Assembly (NCBI GenBank): GCA_045545335.1
Contig: JAZQAS010000123.1
Span: forward strand, 1 to 50,135
Origin: Candidatus Avispirillum sp.
GTDB lineage: Bacteria > Bacillota > Clostridia > Oscillospirales > CAG-272
DNA: 50,135 nt
Direction: 5' to 3'
How positions within the stretch are numbered: the stretch's first letter is position 1; each line of letters begins with the position of its first letter. Shown here piece after piece: positions 8,991-18,234 of the stretch. A program made the translations under genes and the position numbers. A model generated the notes under the pieces. It was not told the origin of the DNA and searched no databases. It saw only the letters and a program-made list of their open reading frames with translations.

Positions 8991-9548
8991 TCATTTTGTT
9001 ACATCAAAAAAATATTCATTATTGATAGGCTTTGCATCGATTTCGTAGTTCTTTTTGCTCAATAGCGATTTGCGTCCGATAATATTCTTTTGAATGAGGA
9101 TTCCATCTTCGTTTTCAAGCTCACACTCGTAATAACAAAAGCCAAATATTTCAAGTATTATATTTGCACCAAGTCTGTTATGCCGAACATGCAAGAAAGC
9201 AAGAACAAAATAAAACAGTAAAAATAAAATCACGCCATACCAAACGGTAAAATCAAACGCAAACAGTGGCAGAACATATGTAAGAACATACTCTGCTGTG
9301 ATCAACTTTTCTTCCTTTATACTTTTCAACATGAACGGCTGCGCGCCTGACTTGTTTCCTTTCCTAAAAGATACAGCTACAACAATAGCAGAAACTATCA
9401 TAACAATAGCCATAATAGCAATGCTGATCATTTCAGTATAGATGTTTGGATTGCCATCAAATATATTCTTTCCATCAATGAATCCAATGGATAACCATAG
9501 CGGAGTCAGTGACAAATAAAACAAACTAAATGATTTTATTGCGGACAT
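8991..9548 (-). CDS. kwaA: Kiwa anti-phage membrane protein KwaA-like
   Basis: About 4 TM helices; YVLTYVLPLFAFDF...HVRHN...NIILEIFGFCYY pattern; adjacent to DUF4868-like gene. Confidence 0.7.
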   Translation of the reverse strand: MSAIKSFSLFYLSLTPLWLSIGFIDGKNIFDGNPNIYTEMISIAIMAIVMIVSAIVVAVSFRKGNKSGAQPFMLKSIKEEKLITAEYVLTYVLPLFAFDFTVWYGVILFLLFYFVLAFLHVRHNRLGANIILEIFGFCYYECELENEDGILIQKNIIGRKSLLSKKNYEIDAKPINNEYFFDVTK

Positions 9549-9563
9549 AGGGTTTCCTCCGTA

Positions 9564-10496
9564 TTATTTCCATTGTCTCGCTCCGTCAACTTCGACCGCA
9601 TCTTTATCAAATGGATCAAGCATACCTTTGTTGCATAACAGTTTAACTATTTTTTCACTTGCTCCATCAACCGACGTATCGAATTTTCCGGTTTCAGCAT
9701 CTAATGGAATCGAGAACTTTTTGGCGATAGAATTACGTGTGTTTTTATTTTTAAGAGCAGTCAATCTTTTTTCGTTAAAGGCTACAAATTTTCTTGGATT
9801 GTGTCCGGATTCAGCAACGCCTTTGAAGATTTCGGTGTCTGTAACAATAGCACTTTGTTCTATCTGTTCAACTTTATCATGACATACCTTTTTATACGAG
9901 CGTGCCATATTAAATAAATTCTCACCAGCAAGGGAAAGGAAGTAAACAGACTTGTCCAATATCAAAACATCCATTGTTGGTCTTAACGAAAGAACCTTGT
10001 CAGAAATTTCGTAAAACTTCCCGTGGTTGTGAGCAAACTTGTTTTTGAGTGTTGTGACAGGATTCTGCATAGAGATGAGTTTTACCGGGACTTCATTTTC
10101 ATCCAGTGTAAGTATACCTTTCAGCAAGTATGCGGAATTATAAGAAAAAGGGTCGCTTTCAGTATCAGGCTTAGCAATAGCTTCAAGGAGCGCATTGAAT
10201 TCGTTAGCTATCAATTCGCTATCAGCTTGTAACTTATACACCGTTAACGAGTTGGCTGTGCCATCATATTCGCGTACATCTTGATATAAGGATATTGCCT
10301 TTTTCTTTCCGTGAAGATAAATTCCCGAAATTTCTTTCAGCAGTTCTGGCAATTTACCTGAGGGTGATAGTTCGATTTGACGGCTTGAATATCCTATGCC
10401 GTCTTTTTTTGTTGAAACAATATTAAGTAGTTGTAATGACCACTGTGTACAGGTCTCAATGTTTTGAAAAACTTCCGTAATGATTGCTATTGACAT
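9564..10496 (-). CDS. kwaB: Kiwa KwaB-like (DUF4868) protein
   Basis: 310 aa; VLSLRPTMDVLILDKSVYFL..GENLFN pattern recalled from DUF4868; paired with KwaA-like gene. Confidence 0.7.
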   Translation of the reverse strand: MSIAIITEVFQNIETCTQWSLQLLNIVSTKKDGIGYSSRQIELSPSGKLPELLKEISGIYLHGKKKAISLYQDVREYDGTANSLTVYKLQADSELIANEFNALLEAIAKPDTESDPFSYNSAYLLKGILTLDENEVPVKLISMQNPVTTLKNKFAHNHGKFYEISDKVLSLRPTMDVLILDKSVYFLSLAGENLFNMARSYKKVCHDKVEQIEQSAIVTDTEIFKGVAESGHNPRKFVAFNEKRLTALKNKNTRNSIAKKFSIPLDAETGKFDTSVDGASEKIVKLLCNKGMLDPFDKDAVEVDGARQWK

Positions 10497-10500
10497 TCTT

Positions 10501-11445
10501 TCACCAACCTAATAAGTTTGATATATTTTCTGCAATTGTTTTTATAACAGGTACACACACCGAATTACCAATCTGCTTATAGGCATCATCGATGGTGATG
10601 GTATTCGGAAAATAGAACTCCTTTGGAAATCCCTGAAAGTCAAGGCACTCGCGAAGGGTTAGTTTACGAATACCGAAGTTATCCCACACCACAGGAACTC
10701 TGTTTGGGTATGTTCCCATATTGGCTGTTAGCGTGGGACACATCATATTCTTTGTCCATCTGACTTCCCTGTCGGTAATGCGATAGATGGCATTGCGGTC
10801 ACGCATACGCTTTGCAAGATAATCATACATTTCCGAGCCGTTATAGTAGTAAATGTTATGTTGTTTCTCACTTCTATGGATTATATCCGCAGAATGAAGT
10901 GTGAGCTTGGTAGGCTTGGGGTGCTGATAAATATGGTCTGCGATATCATCTCTTACGGCAATGATGTATATACGTTTCCGTATTTGAGGTAGATTACCAT
11001 ATTCATTTGCCGCCATCACCCGATAGTAGACCGAATAACCGAACTGCGCCAACGAATTGAATATGACAAGAAAAGTTTTTCCATTATCATGCTCCATTAG
11101 GTTCGGTACATTTTCAAGAAATACCACCTTGGGCCTTTTGGCATCAATAATGCGGGTGATCTCAAAGAAAAGGTTGCCTCTCTTATCATCAAAGCCTTTT
11201 TGACGCCCAGCTATAGAAAATGGCTGACACGGAAAACCTGCGGTAAGCACATCGAAATCGGGAATATCACTCGTATGCACATCTCTTATATCCGATTCTA
11301 TGAGATAGTCATTTCCAAAATTGTGACGATATGTTTTGCAAGCGGCGGCATCATATTCGTTTGCCCATACAATATCAAATCCTGCTTGTTTAAAGCCCAA
11401 ACAAATGCCACCAATGCCTGCAAATAAACTGATAGCTTTTTTCAT
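10501..11445 (-). CDS. DNA (cytosine-5)-methyltransferase, M.Bsp6I-like scaffold
   Basis: SLFAGIGG, GFPCQPFS, ENV, QIRKRIY, CPTLTANMGT, YKQIGNSV. Confidence 0.93.
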   Translation of the reverse strand: MKKAISLFAGIGGICLGFKQAGFDIVWANEYDAAACKTYRHNFGNDYLIESDIRDVHTSDIPDFDVLTAGFPCQPFSIAGRQKGFDDKRGNLFFEITRIIDAKRPKVVFLENVPNLMEHDNGKTFLVIFNSLAQFGYSVYYRVMAANEYGNLPQIRKRIYIIAVRDDIADHIYQHPKPTKLTLHSADIIHRSEKQHNIYYYNGSEMYDYLAKRMRDRNAIYRITDREVRWTKNMMCPTLTANMGTYPNRVPVVWDNFGIRKLTLRECLDFQGFPKEFYFPNTITIDDAYKQIGNSVCVPVIKTIAENISNLLGW

Positions 11446-11446
11446 A

Positions 11447-13006
11447 TTACAAGTCGGTAATCAAAACTTGGCGATCGAGTGAAAACAAGTCCTTGATTTG
11501 TGCGTGAGTATACGGTTCGGTCTGTTGCCTCTCTACCATTTGAATAACATTGGATACTGCAACGGCACTACCGTGTACACCAGTTTCATTGATGATGCGC
11601 ATCAGCTGTGCGTTGATGTTGCTACCAAAACCACCTGCGATGTACGAGAAAAAGGCAAGGCGATTAGAGGAAGAACAATAGTTACTAAGACCTTCGATAT
11701 AGTTGTGAACCATACGATTGTGATGGTCATTGCTGATGGTATATTTGCTGTAAGCTTTGTTATCGATAATTCCACAGTATCCATCGCTATCGGAAAGAAG
11801 CAACACATCAGGTGTCAGACCTATGGGGCCAACGTGGCGCGCATCAAAACCGAACACCTCTTGGAAAAGCCGAACGGTAGCTTTTTCAAATTCTGTGGCT
11901 TCATCTCTGCCTTTGAAAGCCATCTCAAAGTATTCGGTCATAAACGAACCGATAGCGCCACGGGGATAGAGCCGCAAAAGGGATTCTTCGACAAATTTCG
12001 CATCAAGACCCGTCTGTTCGGTAATTTTGTCGACAAGATCGGGTGTAATACGAGTGATTGGTGTTTTCAGAGATTCACCTACGAACGCCTGTTTCACCTT
12101 TTGCTCGTTAATGATTTTTGCGGTGATCGTCTTGGTAGCGGTTAGATTACGAGTATCCTTATTGTGTTTGGGGTCAATGCCGTATTTACGCTGAAAATAC
12201 TCATGTTGTTCTGGTCTGTCAATAAACGGGGGAGTTGTTGCTAAAATAGCGCGTACTTCTTCTATTTTTTCAGGAATGATACGAAGCAACCTATCTTCAT
12301 CGCTTCGCTTGGCAAGTTGGGTATATTCAATCCAGTTGATGAAGGTATTTGCGGTGTCGGTTAAATGGCTATACGGATGATCGGGATTTACTGTACCGGT
12401 CTTGGGGGCGTATTTTGTAAAGAAATCAGCATCCAAGGATGCGTTGCCATTATTTCTGAAAGCGTGCAGTTTTTCTATAACGGAGCGGTAACAAGTATCT
12501 GTTTCGTTCTCTGCATTCGTAATAATAACTTTGGCGATTTCTTCTTCCGAAAGATATCCCACCTCGTTGTCCATCAACAAACGAAGCAGAAATCGGAAAG
12601 GACGAATCTTGAAACGGCGCGAAACATCAACACCACGGCTCGTAGAGAACGATGACGGGAATTGATATTTTAGCACTTGATTTTTCAACACGGTTACAGG
12701 AGAATCGCCGTTCATAATTGCTTCTCCCGCAAGTGTTAGTTTGAGCTGTTTTGTAGATTCCTGTGTAAAAATCAAGCCAAGACTTGCAACCCATGCTTGG
12801 TATGTACGAGCGCCGCCACCCGTTTGGTCACGGCGTTCGCCTTTGCGCTTGATGTTAGATTCTTCTAACGCCTCTTCAAGTGTTAAGTGCGTATCTCTTT
12901 GCCCTTGCCATTCTTGATTTAGAGATATTTCGGCAAAGGTTGCCAACACTTCGGGTATGGAATTTAATTTTCTTTTCGGTCGTGTGACCCACCAAAAGTT
13001 AATCAT
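11447..13006 (-). CDS. Type IIS-like restriction endonuclease with C-terminal FokI-like PD-(D/E)xK domain (BbvI-like by context)
   Basis: PDVLLL...GIIDNKAYSKY.I...HNRMV.NYI resembles the FokI cleavage domain; sits between two C5 MTases. Confidence 0.8.
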   Translation of the reverse strand: MINFWWVTRPKRKLNSIPEVLATFAEISLNQEWQGQRDTHLTLEEALEESNIKRKGERRDQTGGGARTYQAWVASLGLIFTQESTKQLKLTLAGEAIMNGDSPVTVLKNQVLKYQFPSSFSTSRGVDVSRRFKIRPFRFLLRLLMDNEVGYLSEEEIAKVIITNAENETDTCYRSVIEKLHAFRNNGNASLDADFFTKYAPKTGTVNPDHPYSHLTDTANTFINWIEYTQLAKRSDEDRLLRIIPEKIEEVRAILATTPPFIDRPEQHEYFQRKYGIDPKHNKDTRNLTATKTITAKIINEQKVKQAFVGESLKTPITRITPDLVDKITEQTGLDAKFVEESLLRLYPRGAIGSFMTEYFEMAFKGRDEATEFEKATVRLFQEVFGFDARHVGPIGLTPDVLLLSDSDGYCGIIDNKAYSKYTISNDHHNRMVHNYIEGLSNYCSSSNRLAFFSYIAGGFGSNINAQLMRIINETGVHGSAVAVSNVIQMVERQQTEPYTHAQIKDLFSLDRQVLITDL

Positions 13007-14069
13007 AATCCACCTCGTCCTTCAATGAGGATTCCATTGACTCATATTCAATGCCTGCGAATGTTTTCAAAATAGCTTCAAAGATAATTTTTGCACCCTG
13101 GCACGGAACGGCCATACCGATCTGCTTTCTTACGGATTCCTTTGAACCCTCAAATACATAATCATCGGGGAATGTCTGCAATCTTGCACGCTCGCGATTG
13201 GTGAGAGCGCGAGGCTCTTCCCAGTGATAGATATGTGTTCCACCACCACCGGAACCCGTTACCGTATAGGCAGGCTTGGTGGGGTCAAGTCTTTTATAAA
13301 TTTGACTAATCTTTGCTCCACGAACATTCAGTTTTAGCTCGTCTGGCAGATCTGCATTAAAAGCATTTTGACCGGGGAGAATATGCATCAAACGCTCGAC
13401 TACCTTTGCGGATTGCTTGGTAAGTTCATTGTTTGGTGCGTTAGCAGGGATGGGAGGATTCTCGATAGCATTTCTGCAGGTTACATCCATATCTGCATAA
13501 GGAGCATAACTCGGGATTTTGAACTCATATGGCAGATCTTTACGAATGCCAACAATGATTACTCTGTGACGAGCTTGTGGGACACCGTATTTTTCAAAGC
13601 AGTAGAGATTGGGGTATACACGATATCCGGCATCACGCATATCGGCAAGGATTTTTTCAAATGCGTTTCCCTCATTAGCACTACGCAAACCGCCGACATT
13701 CTCTGCCAAAAACCACTGCGGCTGATGTGTTCTTAAAATCTGGACACCGTAAGAGTACAAGGGGCCGAACTGACCATTGAATCCCTTTTGCTCTCCCACA
13801 ACGGAAAAATCGTTGCAAGGGAAACCGAAAGCGAGAGCGTCGATATGAGGGAGGTTGTCCAAGTCAAGTTTGCGAACATCACCCCAAATTACGCTATTGG
13901 GGTCTTGAGGACAAATATTCCTTCTATATGTATTACAGGTGTCGCTGTCATAGTCGTTTGCCCAGGCATGCACAATTTTATAATTATCTAAACCAATGTC
14001 AGCGTTGGTAGCTCCCCAAGCCAATCCGCCGGGGCCACAGAACAGCTCGCCTAATTCAAAAATAGCCAT
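12999..14069 (-). CDS. DNA (cytosine-5)-methyltransferase, M.BbvI-like
   Basis: GELFCGPGGLA, FGFPCNDFS, AENVGGL, SQIYKRL..AYTVTGSGGGGTH.YHWEEPRALTNRERARLQTFPD, as recalled for M.BbvI. Confidence 0.92.
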   Translation of the reverse strand: MAIFELGELFCGPGGLAWGATNADIGLDNYKIVHAWANDYDSDTCNTYRRNICPQDPNSVIWGDVRKLDLDNLPHIDALAFGFPCNDFSVVGEQKGFNGQFGPLYSYGVQILRTHQPQWFLAENVGGLRSANEGNAFEKILADMRDAGYRVYPNLYCFEKYGVPQARHRVIIVGIRKDLPYEFKIPSYAPYADMDVTCRNAIENPPIPANAPNNELTKQSAKVVERLMHILPGQNAFNADLPDELKLNVRGAKISQIYKRLDPTKPAYTVTGSGGGGTHIYHWEEPRALTNRERARLQTFPDDYVFEGSKESVRKQIGMAVPCQGAKIIFEAILKTFAGIEYESMESSLKDEVDYD

Positions 14070-14081
14070 AATTTTTTCTCC

Positions 14082-14291
14082 TTAAATTTCATCGCCGTTA
14101 TATAAAACGAACTTTCTAACAAACGATGCACCTACAGCATCTGCAATTACATTCAATTCTGCTATAGTAAAGCTTTCTCTTTTCATTTTAGCACTAAGAC
14201 TTTGCGGAGACATACCAATACGTCGAGCCAATTCAGCCATACTAATATTAGAACGTACACACAAAACTTTTATCTGTTCGGAAATACTCAT
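14082..14291 (-). CDS. Small XRE/Cro-like HTH regulator (controller-like) heading the defence operon
   Basis: 69 aa, ISMAELARRIGMSPQSLSAKMKR HTH. Confidence 0.85.
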   Translation of the reverse strand: MSISEQIKVLCVRSNISMAELARRIGMSPQSLSAKMKRESFTIAELNVIADAVGASFVRKFVLYNGDEI

Positions 14292-14319
14292 AGAATCCCC
14301 CTATAATAATGTTGTATTT

Positions 14320-14348
14320 ATTATAAACGTTTTTATTTAGCTTGTCAA
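14320..14348 (-). promoter_or_regulatory. SigA promoter of HTH-RM-Kiwa operon
   Basis: Minus-strand TTGACA-N17-TATAAT. Confidence 0.75.
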
Positions 14349-14414
14349 TATATACGATTAGCATATTGTAGCCTTCTCACATTTTTTGTGGGATGGTTTA
14401 TTTTTTTAGAAAAA

Positions 14415-15055
14415 CACCCCTACAAAACATAGTCCTTTTCTCCGTAGATACGAAAAGGATATTTTTTGTAAATAGGGGCCCCAAAACGCCTTTGAAATCT
14501 CCGTATAGTGAAAGACTGAATTATTTTGCGAGACAGGGGCCCCAAAAGGCTACTTTTTTCTGCGTATAGCGAAGAGGATAAATTTTTTCAAAAACTTTTG
14601 AAAAATACCCCCCCAATTAGCCCTTCAATTCTCCGTATAACGGGAGGAATAAAAATTTTTAAAGTTTTTTTCGGAAAGTACCCCCCCAGAACGCTATGTT
14701 TTTCTGCGTATAGTGAGAAACGCCTTTTTGAAAAAGTTTTGCAAAACACCCGAACAAAACCATATGTAAATGTCCGTATAGTGAGGAACTCATTTTTTTA
14801 GAAAGTTTTGAAAAACCGCACTACATTTCCTCGGTGGTGAAGTGAAAGGAAAAAACATTGCGAAACTTCCGCCAAAACGATACCCACGTGGCCAGTGGTA
14901 AGTGAGGTGAAAATTTTTTCAAAAAAGTTTCACAGAATTTTTCCCAAACGGCATCCTGATGTCCGTTGGAGATTAGAGGGAGAAATTTTTTCAAAGAATT
15001 TTTCAAAATTTTCGCCAAAACGCAATTCAAATGTGCAGTAGTTAAGTGAAAGGAG
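14415..15055 (+). repeat. Array of 10 degenerate ~60-75 bp units with fixed CAAAAC-N14-CGT(A)/CAGT geometry (putative alternative-sigma promoter array)
   Basis: Motif pairs 20 nt apart at 14423/14443, 14482/14502, 14543/14563, 14614/14634, 14687/14707, 14755/14775, ~14812/14832, 14873/14893, 14944/14964, 15016/15036, separated by A/T tracts. Confidence 0.8.
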
Positions 15056-15064
15056 CAAATAAAT

Positions 15065-17380
15065 ATGAAAGTTCAAAAGATACCGCAGACTCTGAAAGAC
15101 CTCGGAGAGTTCTGCTGTTGGAAGCATGAGGTCAAGGACGGCAGAAAAACAAAAGTACCATATAACCCTGTAACCGGGTACGGCGCAAGAACAAATGACC
15201 CGTCCACATTCGTCCCCTTCGATACCGCCGTTAACGCATCCGGTTATGACGGCATCGGCATCCGTGTCAGCGGACAGTTCGTAGGCATCGACCTTGACCA
15301 CTGTATGGAGGATGGCAATATCGTATCTTGGGCAAAGGAGATCACAGACCGCTTTGCTGATACCTACATAGAGGTAAGTCCATCGGGAGAGGGCATCCGC
15401 ATCTTCTGCTTGCTGCCTGATAACCTCAATTACAATACCGAAACCTACTACATCAAAAAAGCTGGCATTGAGGTTTACATACCCGGTTACACCAACCGAT
15501 TCCTCACCGTTACCGGGAACGCATTGACCCAGGCTGATGTGACCGAAACGGCAGAGGCACTCACGTGGTTGCTCAACACATATATGCGTCGACCTACTCC
15601 AACCACTCCCGCCGCCGTTGTATGCGGTAAAAGCTATCTCTCCGATGACAGCATTGTCACAAAGGCATCTACTGCCGTGAACGGAGAGAAGTTCGTAAAG
15701 CTGTGGAACGGAGATATATCGGATTACGGCTCACGCAGCGAGGCAGATGCCGCCCTGGTATCCATCCTTGCATTTTGGTGCAGTGGAGATACCGAACAGA
15801 TAGACAGGCTGTTCCGCACTTCGGAACTGATGCGTGAAAAGTGGAACGAGTATCGTGGTGCCGATACTTACGGAAATATAACGATCGCAAAGGTGGTATC
15901 AAAAACGACCGACTTTTACAAACCTATCATCAAACCTTCCGCTGCCGAAGATTTCGGCGTGGATCGGCTGAAGGAACTTGACCCTATGGACTCCGCCAAA
16001 TACCCCTGGAACGATATCGGTGCAGGACATATCTTCGCAGACTTCTTTCAAGACAGACTCCGCTATGTGCCAGAACGCAAGATGTGGTTTTACTACGAAG
16101 ACGGCATTTGGAACAAAGACACCGGCAACCTCCGTGCAATGAAATATTGTATGGAACTTGCCAACCTTATGTACTCCTTTGCCCTTGAAATCAAGGATGA
16201 GGATAAACGTAAGTCATATATGAAATATGCCGCCAAGTGGCAAAACCACTCCAACCGAGTCAACATCCTCAAGGATGCCCAGGTGCATCACCCCATCCAC
16301 TACGGAGACTTCGATGCCGACATTTATGCCTTCAATTGCAAAAACGGCACGCTGCATATCGACACCGGGGAATTTACCGAACACCGTAGCACCGACCTGC
16401 TCACCAAGATTAGTCCTGTCACCTATGACCCCACGGCTCACTCCGAGCGTTTCAGCACCTACATCGATGAGATTATGAGCGGTGACACGGACCGAGCCAA
16501 GTTCCTTCAGAAGATACTCGGTTACGGTCTTACCGGGGATACCCGCCACGAGTGTATGACCATCCTCTACGGTGCAACCACCCGTAACGGCAAAGGCACA
16601 CTCTGTGAAAGTGTACTGAAGGTGCTTGGCGAATACGGCTGCACCTCCCGTGCAGAAACCATTGCTATGAAGAACTACACCAACGGTTCACAACCGAGCG
16701 AGGATGTGGCTCGGCTGGCAGGTGTCCGTTTCGTAAATATCTCCGAGCCGACCAAGGGTATGGTGCTTGACGCTGCCAAGATAAAAGCTATGACGGGTAA
16801 CGACACCTTGAACGCTCGTTACCTTCACGAAAACAGCTTTGACTTCCAGCCGCAGTTTAAGATCTACGTTAACACCAACTATCTGCCGGTAATCAACGAT
16901 ATGACCCTCTTCACAAGTGACCGCATCATCATTATCCCGTTTGACAGGCATTTTGATGAGCAGACCCGTGACACATCCCTCAAGCAGAAGTTTGCCGAAC
17001 CGGATGTGCAAAGCGCCATCCTCAACTGGCTGTTGGCGGGGTATCGTCTGTTACGCAAAGAGGGGCTGCGCCTACCCAAATCGGTAAGGGATGCTACCGA
17101 ACGCTATCAGCACGACAGTGACAAGATGGTGCTGTTCTTTGAGGACCACCTGGTAGCGGACGATACCGCCGAGGAACTGACCTCCGTGGTGTATGCCCGC
17201 TACAAAGGTTGGTGTCAGGAGAACGGATGCTATGCGGAGGGGATGAAGAACTTCAAGCAAGGTTTGGAGACCTTCGCACCTGTCGTCCGGAAAAGACCGA
17301 AGCACGGCGGCGAGAAAACCACACTGCTCATCGGCTACCGACTCATCTCGGAATTCGATGTGCCGCCGCTGACAGCTTAA
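15065..17380 (+). CDS. Primase-polymerase (NrS-1-like) fused to D5/P4-type SF3 helicase
   Basis: GIDLDHC, YIEVSPSGEGIRIF, IEVY..RFLTVTG (prim-pol); SEADAAL..LAFW..QIDRLFR.S.LMR.KW; Walker A GATTRNGKGT, ISE, KAMTGNDTLNARYL. Confidence 0.9.
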   Translation: MKVQKIPQTLKDLGEFCCWKHEVKDGRKTKVPYNPVTGYGARTNDPSTFVPFDTAVNASGYDGIGIRVSGQFVGIDLDHCMEDGNIVSWAKEITDRFADTYIEVSPSGEGIRIFCLLPDNLNYNTETYYIKKAGIEVYIPGYTNRFLTVTGNALTQADVTETAEALTWLLNTYMRRPTPTTPAAVVCGKSYLSDDSIVTKASTAVNGEKFVKLWNGDISDYGSRSEADAALVSILAFWCSGDTEQIDRLFRTSELMREKWNEYRGADTYGNITIAKVVSKTTDFYKPIIKPSAAEDFGVDRLKELDPMDSAKYPWNDIGAGHIFADFFQDRLRYVPERKMWFYYEDGIWNKDTGNLRAMKYCMELANLMYSFALEIKDEDKRKSYMKYAAKWQNHSNRVNILKDAQVHHPIHYGDFDADIYAFNCKNGTLHIDTGEFTEHRSTDLLTKISPVTYDPTAHSERFSTYIDEIMSGDTDRAKFLQKILGYGLTGDTRHECMTILYGATTRNGKGTLCESVLKVLGEYGCTSRAETIAMKNYTNGSQPSEDVARLAGVRFVNISEPTKGMVLDAAKIKAMTGNDTLNARYLHENSFDFQPQFKIYVNTNYLPVINDMTLFTSDRIIIIPFDRHFDEQTRDTSLKQKFAEPDVQSAILNWLLAGYRLLRKEGLRLPKSVRDATERYQHDSDKMVLFFEDHLVADDTAEELTSVVYARYKGWCQENGCYAEGMKNFKQGLETFAPVVRKRPKHGGEKTTLLIGYRLISEFDVPPLTA

Positions 17381-17388
17381 ACCACAAG

Positions 17389-17478
17389 TTCGGGGCAGTG
17401 TGGCAGGTAATTTTATATTTTTCCTATAGTAATAAATATTTTGTAAAAAACCATAATTACTTGCCACATTGCCCCGAA
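17389..17478. other. Putative replication origin: 24-bp inverted repeat around AT-rich core
   Basis: TTCGGGGCAGTGTGGCAGGTAATT ... AATTACTTGCCACATTGCCCCGAA directly after the helicase stop codon. Confidence 0.6.
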
Positions 17479-17525
17479 AAGGAGAAAGGATGTGATGCCT
17501 ATGATTGCATACGGCTTGTGACCTA

Positions 17526-17621
17526 CCCCTGGGGGTGGTCAAATCTCTACGACCTTTTGCTCGTGCAACGGGCGTGGGGTCTCACGCAAAAATTCGCAAA
17601 ATCAAACGGGGTATTAACCCC
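17526..17621 (+). repeat. cos-like site 1
   Basis: AAATCTCT-N17-CAACGGGCGTGGGGT-N7-AAAAATTCGCA; inverted copy at 19519-19616. Confidence 0.6.
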
Positions 17622-17647
17622 AAAATCAAACAAAGGAGCGTACGTTT

Positions 17648-17905
17648 ATGAAATTCAAATTCAACTACAGCAAATCACCCAAGATGTCTGCAAAGGACAC
17701 CAAGAATTACTCCCACGGCAATTACGAATGCCGTCTCCTCTTGCAGACAATGAAAGGCCAGCCGGTGGCTATCTTCCAAAACACCGATAACGATGTGTGG
17801 AAGGTGCAGTACGGTTTCAGTTCTGTGTTCTTTGGAACATACGATGAGGCAATGCAGTTCTGCCGAGAGCGTTTCTGCGATACTTCCGGCAAGCGCCTCT
17901 CCTAA
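17648..17905 (+). CDS. Hypothetical protein (85 aa)
   Basis: AAAGGAG RBS; first gene of capsid module. Confidence 0.7.
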   Translation: MKFKFNYSKSPKMSAKDTKNYSHGNYECRLLLQTMKGQPVAIFQNTDNDVWKVQYGFSSVFFGTYDEAMQFCRERFCDTSGKRLS

Positions 17906-17920
17906 AGCGGAGGTGCGGCT

Positions 17921-18220
17921 ATGGAGTATATCAGATATCACCCTCTCATCGATTGCGATTCCGATGGGGTTGAAAAGGTGCCGATGTTTTTCAGCGCCGA
18001 TGAAGACTCCGTTCGTGAAACCCATTCGATGTACCTTGTGGAGTGTATACCCCACACATTTAGGCTTGTGGCCAAAGACTCCCATACACCAGAAGAGGCT
18101 CTTGCCTACAAAATCCACTGTCCCACCTGTGGACAGATTATGACACCCATCAGCGGTGTTTACGACAAAAACAAATTACAATTGCTCGTTTGCAAGAAAT
18201 GCAATCCGAGCCGCCATTAA
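17921..18220 (+). CDS. Small Zn-ribbon protein
   Basis: GGAGGTG RBS; CPTC...CKKC. Confidence 0.75.
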   Translation: MEYIRYHPLIDCDSDGVEKVPMFFSADEDSVRETHSMYLVECIPHTFRLVAKDSHTPEEALAYKIHCPTCGQIMTPISGVYDKNKLQLLVCKKCNPSRH

Positions 18221-18234
18221 AGGAGGAAATTATT

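Noticed and set aside
14415-15055. CRISPR array or classical iteron origin
   Set aside because: No identical repeat with unique spacers and no cas genes; units are too divergent for iterons, and a better origin candidate lies at 17389-17478. An origin role is not fully excluded.
14526-15301. ORFs 14526-14801, 14821-15030 and 14930-15301
   Set aside because: They run through the repeat array or antisense to the primase, with F/K-biased low-information translations and no RBS
17209-17790. 193-aa ORF spanning the primase end, origin and cos-like site
   Set aside because: Overlaps the primase out of frame and crosses structured non-coding elements; no recognisable motifs
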